A stretch of DNA of 64,000 bases, taken from Octopus sinensis (Eukaryota). The stretch is from contig NC_042997.1 in NCBI RefSeq assembly GCF_006345805.1, positions 143,964,001-144,028,000 on the forward strand, read 5' to 3'. The notes below the pieces were generated by a model that was not told where the DNA came from, did no database searches, and saw nothing but the letters and a program-made list of their open reading frames with translations. Shown here one piece after another: positions 13,098-24,896 of the stretch (the first letter of the stretch is position 1; every line of letters begins with the position of its first letter). The position numbers were made by a program, and so were the translations under genes.

Positions 13098-14015
13098 ACA
13101 AATGAAATCCAAACTAAAAATAGAACAGTAACGAACCATGATAAAACGATGGCAAGAAAAGCCCCTTCATGGTAAATACTGGACTAAACTAAACGCAAAA
13201 GAAATAGACAAAGAAAAATCCCAGCAATGGTTGAGAAGCTCAGGACTCAAAGCAGAGACAGAGGGATTTTTAATTGCAGCATAAGACCAAAGCCTCCCCA
13301 CCAGAAATTACCAAAAACATGTAATGAAAAGAAATATAACTAGTAACTGCAGAATATGTGGAGATGGACAAGAAACAATAAATCATATTATCTCTGGCTG
13401 CCCAGTCCTGGCTAAGAAGGAATACATTCACAGACATGAAAGAGTTGGAACCTACATATACTGGAAGCTATGCCAACATTATGGAATAATAACAGAAAAA
13501 AGATGGTATAGGCACACACCAGAAAAGGTCACAGAAAATGAGAAAGCAACCATACTCTGGGATATGCCGATACACACAGATAGAGAAATTAAGGCCAACA
13601 GACCAGATATAGTTGTCAGGGATCATGAAGAAAAAAAAATGCTTTCTAATTGATGTATCAATACCGGCAGATGACAACGTGTCTCTAAAAGAAATGGAGA
13701 AACTTTCAATATACAAAGACCTGGAAATAAAGGTAACCGGAATGTGGAATCTAAAAACAGAAACAATTCCTATCATAGTAGGTGCATTAGGCATGATAAA
13801 AAAATATTCAGACAAATACATAACAAAAACACCAGGACTTGCAAACACATATAACATACAGAAAATTGCACTACTAGGCACTGCACACATCCTTCGCAGA
13901 ACACTTTCCATACAATAACCATCAGAGCATCACAACTAATCACAGCACATACCCAAGGCACACAGAGCTGCGCTCGGTAGTGAAGTGAAAGCACGCTATA
14001 AAAATAAAACTACTG
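13095..14015 (+). mobile_element. R4/Dong-type LINE, 5'-truncated 3' end (young family), followed by (TAA)n
   Basis: CCHC motif CRICGDGQETINHIISGC, RPDIVV endonuclease motif and IQKIALLGTAHILRRTL C-terminus. Near-identical to 44981-45900. One premature TAA and one A-run frameshift. Confidence 0.93.
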
Positions 14016-14047
14016 AATAATAATAATAATAATTAATAATAATAATG

Positions 14048-14104
<57 letters not shown>

Positions 14105-14150
14105 TAATAATAATAATAATAATAATAATGATGATGATGATGATAATAAA
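14016..14150. repeat. (TAA)n/(TGA)n tract at the LINE 3' junction
   Basis: Direct inspection. Confidence 0.95.
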
Positions 14151-14519
14151 ACAGTTATAATGATTTCGGATTTATTTTCAGATATTCATTCCTCTGCTTT
14201 TATAATAACCAGACGAAAAAAATTTTCTTCACATCTACTCGTAGTAGTAGTAGTAGTAGTCTACACAGACCACACAATGGCATTTCACTTTGTAAATATC
14301 ATGTTCGTGCTTCCGTGAAGCCCGAAAAAGGAAAAGAAAAAGAAAGCATGAAAGAAAAGGAAGGAAGGAGGGAAGAAGGAAAGAGAGAAAGAAAAGAAGA
14401 AGAATGAACGAAAGGAAGTGAGAAAGAAGTGAGGGGAAAACAAAGGAGATTACGATTTGCTCATGTTTTCTCTTATATTTCGCAAAAATATTTTTGAATT
14501 TGTTAAATGTTTTTGTATT

Positions 14520-14702
14520 TATACATACATACATACATACATACATACATACATACATACATACATACATACATACATACATACATACATAAAGACTGAC
14601 ACATTCATTTATACATACGATTATATACGATGTATGTATATGCATATATGCACATATACATATAAATATGCATATATGTGTGCGTATATATATGTCTGTA
14701 TA

Positions 14703-14761
<59 letters not shown>

Positions 14762-15269
14762 ATGTGTGTGTGTGTGTGGTATGTGTGTGTGTATGTGTGT
14801 GTGTGTGTGTGTGTGGTTAGATTGATAGACAGATAGATAAACACATACATATAAGAAATGTACTGATTTACTCACGCATGCAAACGCACAGATGCACAAA
14901 GGATTCAAAAGATCTTTTCCTTTTCCGTAGCCAGCCATACTTCGATTTATTCAAACGGTATAAATGATATTGATATCATTCATAACATAATATTTTGAAT
15001 ATAAATCTTTAAAAAAAAAAAAAAAGTAATCCATTTCCTCTTATTTTCATAGGTTGTTATTATGTTGCAAGATTAACAACTCTTCAGCAATCACAACGCA
15101 AACAATATCAAATGAGTTTTCTAATACTTAACAAAGTTAAAATGACAATATCAATAACGAAAAAGATTGAATATGTCGGAGGGAAATGCATGTGTTTACT
15201 TTTACATTTCCCTCGGGGTTTTCTCATTCTCTGTTTGTTTGTCTGTCTGTTTGTCTATCTGTTTATCTA

Positions 15270-15354
<85 letters not shown>

Positions 15355-16025
15355 AAACATACATATATATACATGTGTGTGTGTGTCCATCTAACTATCC
15401 ATCGACCGATCTATCTATCCGTCTGTCAGTGTGACTTCCTGTCTGTCTGTGTGTTTGTCTGTCTGTGTGTTTGTCTGTCTGTCTGATAGTCTCATGTTGT
15501 TTGCTTAGAAATAACTATACAGAATGACGCGAACATAAATACAGCAACACTGCCTTACAATGTAAAATATAAACTAGACTGAAGGTGACTCATTGAATTA
15601 ACCTGTTTATGAGCTAGTGTTCGAACATTGACATGTGCCCTCACAGTCATCCGCATACAGAACTGGCATAACACGTCGGGCTTCTAAATTACGCGTGAAA
15701 TTCACCCGATAGGCTTCCGAACAATTTCCCCTTTCTAGTTTCATTCTCAAAACTTCAGTTGATCTGAGACTGTGGTAACAGAAAAACACTTACCCAAGAA
15801 GCCACGTAGTGGGCTAGAACTCTGGAATTCGAGGTTGCAACCCAAACTCCTTAACTACTCGGCCATGCTGGCCATGTAGATATAAATGGAGGCAGGCACG
15901 ACCGCAAGATTAAAAATTTCACTTACTCGATTCGATCTCACTACTCTGTACAGTGCCGCTGATTTTTATTATGTCCACATGTACTTTGTCAGTGGATTTG
16001 GTTGAGGGATAAATATGCAGAAGCT

Positions 16026-16095
<70 letters not shown>
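14520..16095. repeat. Microsatellite cluster: (CATA)n 14520-14590, (TA)/(TG) 14700-14815, (TCTG)/(TCTA) 15230-15350, (GT)n 16025-16092
   Basis: Direct inspection. Confidence 0.95.
15760..15880 (-). mobile_element. Family-B-like SINE head remnant
   Basis: cacttacccaagaagccacgtagtggg...ccttaactactcggccatgc parallels the family-B head. Confidence 0.55.
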
Positions 16096-16117
16096 TGTGT
16101 ACGCGCACGTGTGCATG

Positions 16118-16207
16118 CATGAGGTGGGGTTGGAAAATTCCTGGCTTTAATGGTATCGCGAAAGGCCTGGCTGGAGGCCCAACCTTCCGAGTTCTTTTAC
16201 AGAGCTA
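16118..16207 (+). mobile_element. Possible terminal fragment of a mariner-derived MITE
   Basis: tgaggtggggttggaaaattcctggc resembles a mariner-type TIR start. Recognised from memory; no partner end seen. Confidence 0.35.
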
Positions 16208-16449
16208 TGTATGTATGTATGTATGTATGTATGTATGTATGTATGTATGTATATATATATATAATATATATATATTATATATATACACACACACACACGC
16301 ACACATATTGAAAGCCCCACTAGAATGGAGAAAGCGCTAATAATCTGAATGATATGATCTAAATGATATGATATATATATGTAAAAAATGTAATATATAA
16401 ATAAATATCTATAAATATGAACCATCCGATCTTCTGATTACCTCATTTC

Positions 16450-16516
<67 letters not shown>

Positions 16517-17162
16517 CATATATGTATATACATATATATATATATATCGTTGCTATTATACAAAAGTATCGTAAGTCCAAAACGTTGCTTTTTCAGAAAT
16601 CGAAAAAATTGTTTCACCATTCCATAACAAAAACGTTGTACTACACTTTGATAGTTTTGTGTGTGTGTGTGTAAAAAGTATTTGAAGCGTAAATCATTAT
16701 AATTTAAGACAGATCTGTAGCCAGCAGCTTTAATGTTTAGTTACCCTATATTTAGCAAATAAAAAGAAATTAAATTTTAAATATTTATCATGACTCCTCA
16801 TTGAACGTCTATAAAATTTTCAGTACTAAAAATGTCTTCTTCAGCTAGAGTTTTGAACACCTAGACATCAATAATTTCTTCAAATATGTCTCCATTTAAA
16901 GTTTTTTTCTCTCTTCTGTTCTGCCTCTTTTCTGAACGACCACATTTAAGATGGCGATGCTGACATAATAGCTCAGCGAGATTCGCGTTTGTTTTGATAA
17001 TCTGATTTCAATTAAAATGTCGTAGAGGAATAGTTTTAAAAAACTAACAAAACCAAAGAACTTTCATAATCAGAAACCTGAGTGTGTCGACATTTTATTG
17101 ATATACGCGGGGTAGAAGTCACTTACTGGCTTTATCGTGAAGTTTCTTAACATGGAGGTTCA

Positions 17163-17163
17163 C

Positions 17164-17256
<93 letters not shown>

Positions 17257-17257
17257 C

Positions 17258-17291
<34 letters not shown>

Positions 17292-17422
17292 GTCTATCTA
17301 TCTAAATATCTCCATTTTGTCTATCTACCTATGGGGTGTGTGCGTGTGTATATATATATATGTATAGTATATGTGTATATATATATATATATGTATATTA
17401 TATGTACGTATATATATATATG

Positions 17423-17459
<37 letters not shown>

Positions 17460-17510
17460 ATAGATAGATAGATATGTGTGTGTGTATGTATATACATATA
17501 TGTATATATA

Positions 17511-17543
<33 letters not shown>

Positions 17544-17548
17544 GCATG

Positions 17549-17620
<72 letters not shown>

Positions 17621-17732
17621 ATATATAGCACATATTTCGCCTCTTAATGTACTGATATATGAATAATATATGGCCCGTGCTAGTTTCACCAGCGATAATA
17701 ATTAATTTTATTTTATCGCAATTTGACTTGTT

Positions 17733-17763
<31 letters not shown>

Positions 17764-17899
17764 ATAAATGCCAAAACTAATTTCTGTGTGTCAGTATGTT
17801 ACACTTAGACCCCCTCTCTCACTATTCAATGACACTCCTACTATTCCTCGTGATGGGGTGGGAGTAATAGTAGGCATAGAGATGGTTATGGCGGTGGCG

Positions 17900-17950
<51 letters not shown>
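17163..17950. repeat. (TCTA)n 17163-17305, (TA)/(TG)/(CT) arrays 17340-17630, (GA)n 17905-17948
   Basis: Direct inspection. Confidence 0.95.
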
Positions 17951-18076
17951 GGTATGTGAGAGAAAGTGGGAGATGATGTACAACTTGTTTGACCATGTCT
18001 CTTTGACTGAAATTCCTGTCGCCAACGTACTGAACACAATCATTTTTGCTTTATCTTTTGCTTTCCTTAATACTCG

Positions 18077-18142
<66 letters not shown>

Positions 18143-19764
18143 CACTTTAATTGATATAAATTTTCCCCAAAATGAAACGTGTCTAATATAATAAATGTGA
18201 ATGTCAGTCCAACATATACCATTTGGAATCAGGCTATGTGAGTAAATTAAAAACATTCCGGGTCGAATCCGAACCTGCAAACCTGAAATCTTAGATTCCT
18301 GTGTTTTCATCACTGCGATTGTTTACGGCGATTTTTTTTTTTACATGATATAACTCTGGAGGAAGCGATTGCAATAAATTCTCCAAAACAAGTCAGAGAT
18401 GTGTCTGGAGATCTTCCCATTCGGGGACAGTTACGATCGGGCGACTTTTAAGCTAGTATGTATATATAAACAATACTTTACAAAATTAATTTTTTAAGCC
18501 AAAATAATTCATTCACAAGACTGTATGATGAGTCGCAATGGGGTTAATGGACAAAGTTCCAGCCCTCTTCGTTAAGTAGTTGTGAGTTCGTATATTCATA
18601 ATGTCATTAAATTGTGCTTGTTCTTAGGAAAGACAGTGAACTTCTCCAGTTCCATTTATCTCACACAAGACTATATTAAACGATATAAGCGTTTAAATTT
18701 TAAATGGTTTGGAGATGCTTCAACTAATTGAACATTAATGAAATATTGCCCTTTTGCTTATTATTGTTAAATATTTCCTGACAGTGTAGTTTGTAGTAGC
18801 AGATAGATAATCAATAGAATAATCATATATGATCAATTTATCGGTTTTCTATTTTGACTATGTCGTTTTTCATTTTCATTTTACTGTACAGAATACCACA
18901 TACTCACCATATATTCGTCTGCATTACGCACAGGCAACCTTATTCGAAAAGCGGGTCGCATGAGACATAGTTCAGCATTAGGTGGGCTGCACTACTATAA
19001 AGAAAAATCAAGATAATTTTTTTGTTAGGTATGCCATTCAGAAAGTCCTGCGGGTTTGTTCTTGACTAGTCCTTGACAGAAAGACCTGCAGGTTTGTCCT
19101 TGACTGGTCGCACTGTCTGAATGAAATAGCAATCAAATCCAACTCATATTACACTCTGATGCTTTAAAGAGGCCAGAGCAAATTGGATAGTACTAGAACC
19201 GCTAGCATCTCATACAAAGAAAAGAGAAACAACATTGAAAAACAAACAAAAAGGATGCCATCAACTGGAACGCTGTCGATCATAAATCACCTTGGTTAAG
19301 CGACAAGAATAACAATACAACAACAACAACAACGACACTAACAAAACAGCAATAAAACAGTTAAGTGTAGGTCGTATAGTATTGTGGTAGATTGTTATAG
19401 ACAACCTATATGTGATCGAACGTTCTGGTATGTGTCCTCAGAGAAAACAATCAGTGTGTTGTAGTTTTATTGACTTTTTCAGTAGATACAATTAAGATCA
19501 CAAAACATTAAGGACTTGTCTGGTCATCGATGCTACGCTAATCATTAGTTTGGTAGCTAATAGATCAATAAGCAACGGTTAAATAGCTAATTCTGAAGCT
19601 AGGGATATCAAAGCAGTCACTCGTGCTGCAAGAAATTGCAGCCATACGTCACTCAAGTGACATTCAACGGTATAGAAAAAAAAATAGAGGATACATAAGA
19701 ATGCATAATTTTCAGGATAAAGAACTGAGATTGTCACGGGTAGAAAGACTTTAATCGAAGGATT

Positions 19765-19840
19765 GAACTGGCAGAGTCGTTAGCACGCCGGCATTTTGTC
19801 CATCTTTACGCTTGGAATTCAAATTCCGCGGAGGTCGACA
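19765..19840 (+). mobile_element. Family-A SINE head fragment
   Basis: ctggcagagtcgttagcacgccgg...aattcaaattccgcggaggtcgac. Confidence 0.7.
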
Positions 19841-19884
19841 TATCTATAAACAGATGAATGTGTGTGTGTGTATATATATTAGGC

Positions 19885-20314
19885 ACAGGCATGGCTGTGT
19901 GATAAGAAGCTTACCAACCACATGGTTCTGGGTTCAGTCCAACTGCGTGGCATCTTCTACTATAGCCTCGGGATTTGGATTTGGTAGACAGAAACTGAAA
20001 GAAGCCCGTCGTATATATATATATATATATATCACGTGATCACGTGACCGACCAGGCTATCAGACATTGCTACACATCGCTGGTCACGATACGCTTTGCA
20101 TTGTTTTAGCCTTCAAATGACGCCACTCCGCTGGCTAAACGAGCAAGCCAACAGAAGAAAGGGTGAGAGAAAGTTGCGGCGAAAGTGTATAGCAGGGATC
20201 GCCACCACCCACTGCTAGAGCCTCGTGGAGCTCTAGGAGCTCTAGGTCTGGGAATCGAAACCGCGGTCCCACGACCGCGAGTCCGCTTTCCTAACCACTG
20301 GGCCATTGCGTTTC

Positions 20315-20380
<66 letters not shown>

Positions 20381-20580
20381 GGGGGGTTGTATTTGTGCTT
20401 GACAACCGATGTTGATGTATTTACGTCCCCGTAACCTAGTGGTTCGACAAAATAGACCGATAGAATAAGTACTAGGCTTACAAAGAATAAGCCCTGGGGT
20501 TGATTTTTTCGACTAAAGGCGGTGCTCCAGCATGACCGCGGTCTAATTAATGAAACAACTAAAAGAATAAAAGAATACAT
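19885..20580 (+). mobile_element. Family-B SINE split by a nested family-C SINE
   Basis: Head at 19885-20012 and 3' half at 20380-20580, separated by (TA)n + SINE C + (TA)n. Confidence 0.85.
20030..20318 (-). mobile_element. GC-rich tRNA-derived SINE, family C (internally deleted)
   Basis: Minus-strand head gcaatggcccagtggttaggaaagcggactcgcggtcgtgggaccgcggtttcgattccc with A and B boxes. The 3' end is ggtcacgtgatcacgtgat. Confidence 0.8.
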
Positions 20581-21324
20581 ATATACGAACGCATACATGT
20601 AAATATATATCATTAATTCGTTCACGTCTCTACAAGAAAATGACATTATTATTTTACCAGCGAAAGTTATAGCTTAAGTTCAACGAAGACGAATACTGCA
20701 TTCTTCTCCACATTACTCATATAAATCACGTTAGACTGGATCAGTGAACTTTACAAAGGTCATCGATATCAGCTATAGAAGCAACGATGCAGCAAATAGA
20801 TTAGACTTCTTGTCGACAGACAAATGGTGATTTAGTACCCCGTGATGTTTTATTCTCTACAATGTCTTGGTCAGTCAATTCAGAGATTAGTAATGGCGTC
20901 ACTTTATTAAAGATTAAGATATTGGAGATCCAACAGAAATATAATCATTTAATGGCAACTGACAATTCTTTATTTTGTTTTGTTGTGTTTCCTATTAATT
21001 CTCGCCTTCCATTTACTTTTGAACTCATTCGTACATATGGTGACGTTCATATACACATATAACCACCCACGCACACATGCTCATATATCGTATATAATTG
21101 TATATAATTGTCCTCGTTGAGATGAAGTACGCAATACCCAGAGTGAAGTGGGTATAAATTATTTATTTATTTATTAAAAATGGCTGTTACAAGAGAGTTC
21201 TTCTGAGGTTTAGTAACTGATGAATCAATAAATATATATATAAGTGTATATATCTGTATGTATATATATTATACATGCATGCATACATACATACATACAT
21301 ACATACATACATGTATACACACAC

Positions 21325-21369
<45 letters not shown>

Positions 21370-21430
21370 CATACACATGCATGCATACATACATACATGT
21401 ATACACACACATAAATATATATATATATAC

Positions 21431-21469
<39 letters not shown>

Positions 21470-21689
21470 GCGTAAGAATACGTCCGAGAGGCATATAGCT
21501 TACAGACAATCTCTACTCTATTTTATACGTTTTGAGGCCATTAACAACCGCTTGTCTCTCTTTTGTTGTACTGTTCTCGTATTTATTGACAAAATTTATC
21601 ATTCATTTATAAGTGTATTTGTAGACTTATGTTGTCAATACCCTGTAAGTATATTTTCAGACTAATGCTATTATCCATATATATATACA

Positions 21690-22015
21690 TGCATATATGG
21701 GTACAGGACGTCACCAACGGTGCAAATAACATACAGGCGAGAGACAGATACAAGTCGTGGACAGTGATTACAGGACAAAAGCGAGTGAAATACGTAAACA
21801 ACTAAAAAAAATGGAGAACAAGACAAGTTAACATAGAGAAAGGACCCTTCATCAGTTGCCGGCTGTCTATATACTCCTCATTTCGAGCATTCAAACGACA
21901 ATATAAATCGTCAAAGACAGTGGAGACATACAAGTGGAGACATACAAGGAAATCGAGCGAAAACAGACATGGAGGGGCGTTTGACCAGAACGAGAAGAAT
22001 AGTGACCCCCACCCC
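21690..22015 (-). mobile_element. Probable Penelope-like 3'-end fragment
   Basis: A-rich plus strand, CTGATGAAGGG and GCTCGAAA on the minus strand, terminus at a TA-rich tract. Confidence 0.45.
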
Positions 22016-22113
22016 TATATATATTATATAATAAAGGATAAAATCATTCATGATTTTATCAGGAAAATAAAAACCTTATAGGTAAATTTTCCCAATATTA
22101 TATTGCTAATTTC

Positions 22114-22187
22114 ATACATAATTATAACAAGGGATTGGCAATACGCCTCTCTACGCTTATTGCCAATCTCTTGTTATAATTATGTAT
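22114..22187. repeat. 30-bp inverted repeat (1 mismatch, 14-nt loop)
   Basis: atacataattataacaagggattggcaata versus tattgccaatctcttgttataattatgtat. Confidence 0.9.
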
Positions 22188-22235
22188 ATAACTATTAATA
22201 TTATAATTATGTATATATTCTTAATATAATATAAT

Positions 22236-22297
<62 letters not shown>

Positions 22298-22543
22298 TAT
22301 ACATGCATGTATGTATATATATATATATACATACAAATGTGTGTGTGTGTGTGTGGTGTGTGTGTGTGTGTAATGCGTAAGAATACGTCCGAGAGGCATA
22401 TAGCTTACAGACAATCTCTACTCTATTTTATACGTTTTGAGGCCATTAACAACCGCTTGTCTCTCTTTTGTTGTACTGTTCTCGTATATATATATACACA
22501 CAATTAGATGAACTGAGGTAGGAATAAAAGTAATAATTATGAT

Positions 22544-22676
22544 TAAGGGTATCTAAGAGATATCACCATGCTCGAAATAGCAGTCAAAACCTGACCATAA
22601 ACTGCATCATGATGTCGTTTTAGAGTCAGGTTTTGGCTACTATTTCAAGTATGGCGGTAACTCTTAGATATCCTTA
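22544..22676. mobile_element. Foldback/MITE-like palindrome, 52-bp arms, 29-nt spacer
   Basis: 22544-22595 is an imperfect reverse complement of 22625-22676. The arm recurs at 5017-5068. Confidence 0.7.
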
Positions 22677-23504
22677 TTTATGATTTTAATAATAATTATA
22701 TCCTATAAGGTTTTTCTTCCCACGCTGGCCACTTGATATGATCGTTATTTTAAATAACTGTCTTATCCTTATATACAGGCGTGTGTGTGTGTATGAGTGT
22801 GTGTGTGTATGCGTGTATGTGTTTATAAATGTGTGTGTGTATGTATGTGTTTATAAATGTGTGTGTGTGTGTATTTGTAGACTTATAATGTCATTTATGT
22901 ATTACTGCTTGTTTAGATTATTGTTGTCAATCCTCTGTAAGGCTAATGTCGCTGGAACCACTCCAGATAGCACTGTTTCTATGATCAGAAAGGCTTGAAA
23001 ATGTATTTCCTATCCTCTTTCAACATCATGGACACACATATCAAATAAATAATTTTACATAATGCTTTCTCTACAAACGAGCAACACAAAACTCTAAAAG
23101 TCTCCCTAAATGTTAAGTCTCAAAATCTCAGTCACTCTGATATAAATACAACATTGCCTAAGACCAAGTCTGATTCTTCTCGGGGGTACGAAAAAATTCA
23201 TATCTGCCCACTCACTCACACATTCTGTCAAAGCTTAGGTGTGATCTGCATTAAATTTCTGGGAGAGTATGACCTGTTATACACGTAAATTTCGAAGAAT
23301 TTCTATCAAAAACGCAGAAAAAAATAAAAGATCATTCAGTTAGTTATCGAAGAGTCAATCTCTAACACAAATCACAGACTCACATATGCTGTATCTCCTC
23401 TCGATCTCTCTATCATCACTACAGTGATTACTGCTCTACTAGACTAGTAAATTGTACTGCATGTCATTTCTGCCCACTCACTCACACATTCTCTTACAAT
23501 CTCT

Positions 23505-23650
23505 AGAGCGCCGAGTTGGCAGAGTCATTACAGCGTTGGATTGACTGTCTCAAGGTATTTGTTCCGATTCTTTTCACCTCGTGTTCAAATCCTGTCCAGT
23601 CCAACATTGCCTTACATTATTTTGAGGTTGATAAACAAACATCAACCCAA
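23505..23650 (+). mobile_element. Old family-A-like SINE
   Basis: gagttggcagagtcattacagcg...gtgttcaaatcc...cattgccttacatt. Confidence 0.55.
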
Positions 23651-23719
23651 GGTAGGAGATTGTTATGTACTGTTAAGCGTCTTGCAGAATATGTTACGGT
23701 TCTTTGCGTTCTGACTCTG

Positions 23720-24370
23720 ATGCTAAACTGTGTCGGCACATGTCGGCGGCCTTGCACTTGGATAGTATCGGTGACCTAGAGAAGGGAGATTTGCATGCAC
23801 GGACAAGTGTCAGTCATCCTCAAATACGCTTGCCCAAGTCTGCACATACAAGTGCAGATGAACTGTCAATCATGACAGGAGCCGCCGTCCACTCAACCTT
23901 CTTCCTCCTCTCTCCAAGCGCTTTGTTCAAACGTTTCTCCTCAGATTTGCAACTCTTCAGAATTGCCACTATGTTTACATCTTCCCCTACCAGCATAAAC
24001 TTAGAGAAGTTCAAGCTGAGCGCCAACACTTCTCCCCTTCCTGTATTTTCTTTCTTTCATGTTCTCATCATCGACGACGACAACGATGAAATGATATTTA
24101 AAAAAATAAATAAACATAAGAGACTTCTCGATTTTCTTCTTCAATGATTCTGAGATGTCAGTGTTCAGACTAGCGGAAGAATGAGTTCTTTCTTTATAAC
24201 GATTGATAAGATTCTGTGTGTAGGAGGAACAATTATTCTTATAATGAAGACGATTTTAACTTTGATATCAGTCATATAAAGAGCTAGAGGAATCTCATTC
24301 ATCCAACAATCACTCCGATTGCTTTTCCATAACGAGGCAGACATTGATAATATTTCAAACAACATTTGAG
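23720..24370 (-). pseudogene. Possible RTE-type LINE ORF C-terminal remnant
   Basis: EEKRLNKALGERRKK...LVCADLGKRI*G*LTLVRAC resembles the RTE C-terminal Cys/His motif region. In-frame stops are present. Confidence 0.35.
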
Positions 24371-24459
24371 ATTAATTGTTAAATACCTTTAAAATGCGAT
24401 TCCGTGATTCTATGGAAACTTTATATACGCCACTCCTAAACATAAAATTTTGGAGAAGC

Positions 24460-24635
24460 CACTAGTCGATTTCAACGATCCAAGCGCTCCATGGTACGTA
24501 TTTTATCGATCCCAAAAGGAAAAATGGTAAAGTCGAGCTCAGCGGAATTTGAATCCAGAACGTAAAACCGAAAGAAATGCAGCTCAGAATTTTGTCCGGC
24601 GTATTAATGATTTTTCCAGTTCGCCGCCTTCACCA
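24460..24635 (-). mobile_element. Family-A SINE, diverged
   Basis: atcgatcccaaaagg...gtcgagctcagcggaatttgaatccagaacg...ccagttcgccgcc. Confidence 0.8.
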
Positions 24636-24865
24636 CTTCCGAAACATTAACATGCAATGATATCATGATATTTGGTGTATGAGAAGAGTGAAATGAATAA
24701 TAAAAAGGTTCTCAGGTTCTCCGATTTCAGAAATCAAGAGCTATTAATATACATACATACATGTATGTGTATGTGTGTGTGCATGTGTATGTGTATACAC
24801 ACACATGCATAAAAAACTCTCTCTCTCTCTCACTCACACACACACGCACACACATGCACACACAG

Positions 24866-24896
<31 letters not shown>

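Larger units (their letters stand above)
21466..22487 (+). repeat. Identical 117-bp direct repeat (21466-21582 and 22371-22487)
   Basis: taatgcgtaagaatacgtccgag...ctgttctcgtat is base-for-base identical in both places. Confidence 0.95.

Noticed and set aside
17960-18080. Stop-free 40-codon stretch (RKAKDKAKMIVFSTLATGISVKETWSNKLY) between microsatellites
   Set aside because: No splice signals or recognisable family; too short to call.
19039-19109. Two tandem copies of about 33 bp (cagaaag.cctgc.ggtttgt.cttgact.gtc) resembling a CRISPR repeat pair
   Set aside because: Only two copies with a 5-nt spacer, in a eukaryotic context with no cas genes; a simple local duplication.
20245-20318. tRNA gene candidate
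   Set aside because: It has A/B boxes but no complete cloverleaf and continues into a SINE body. The same applies to all other tRNA-like heads.
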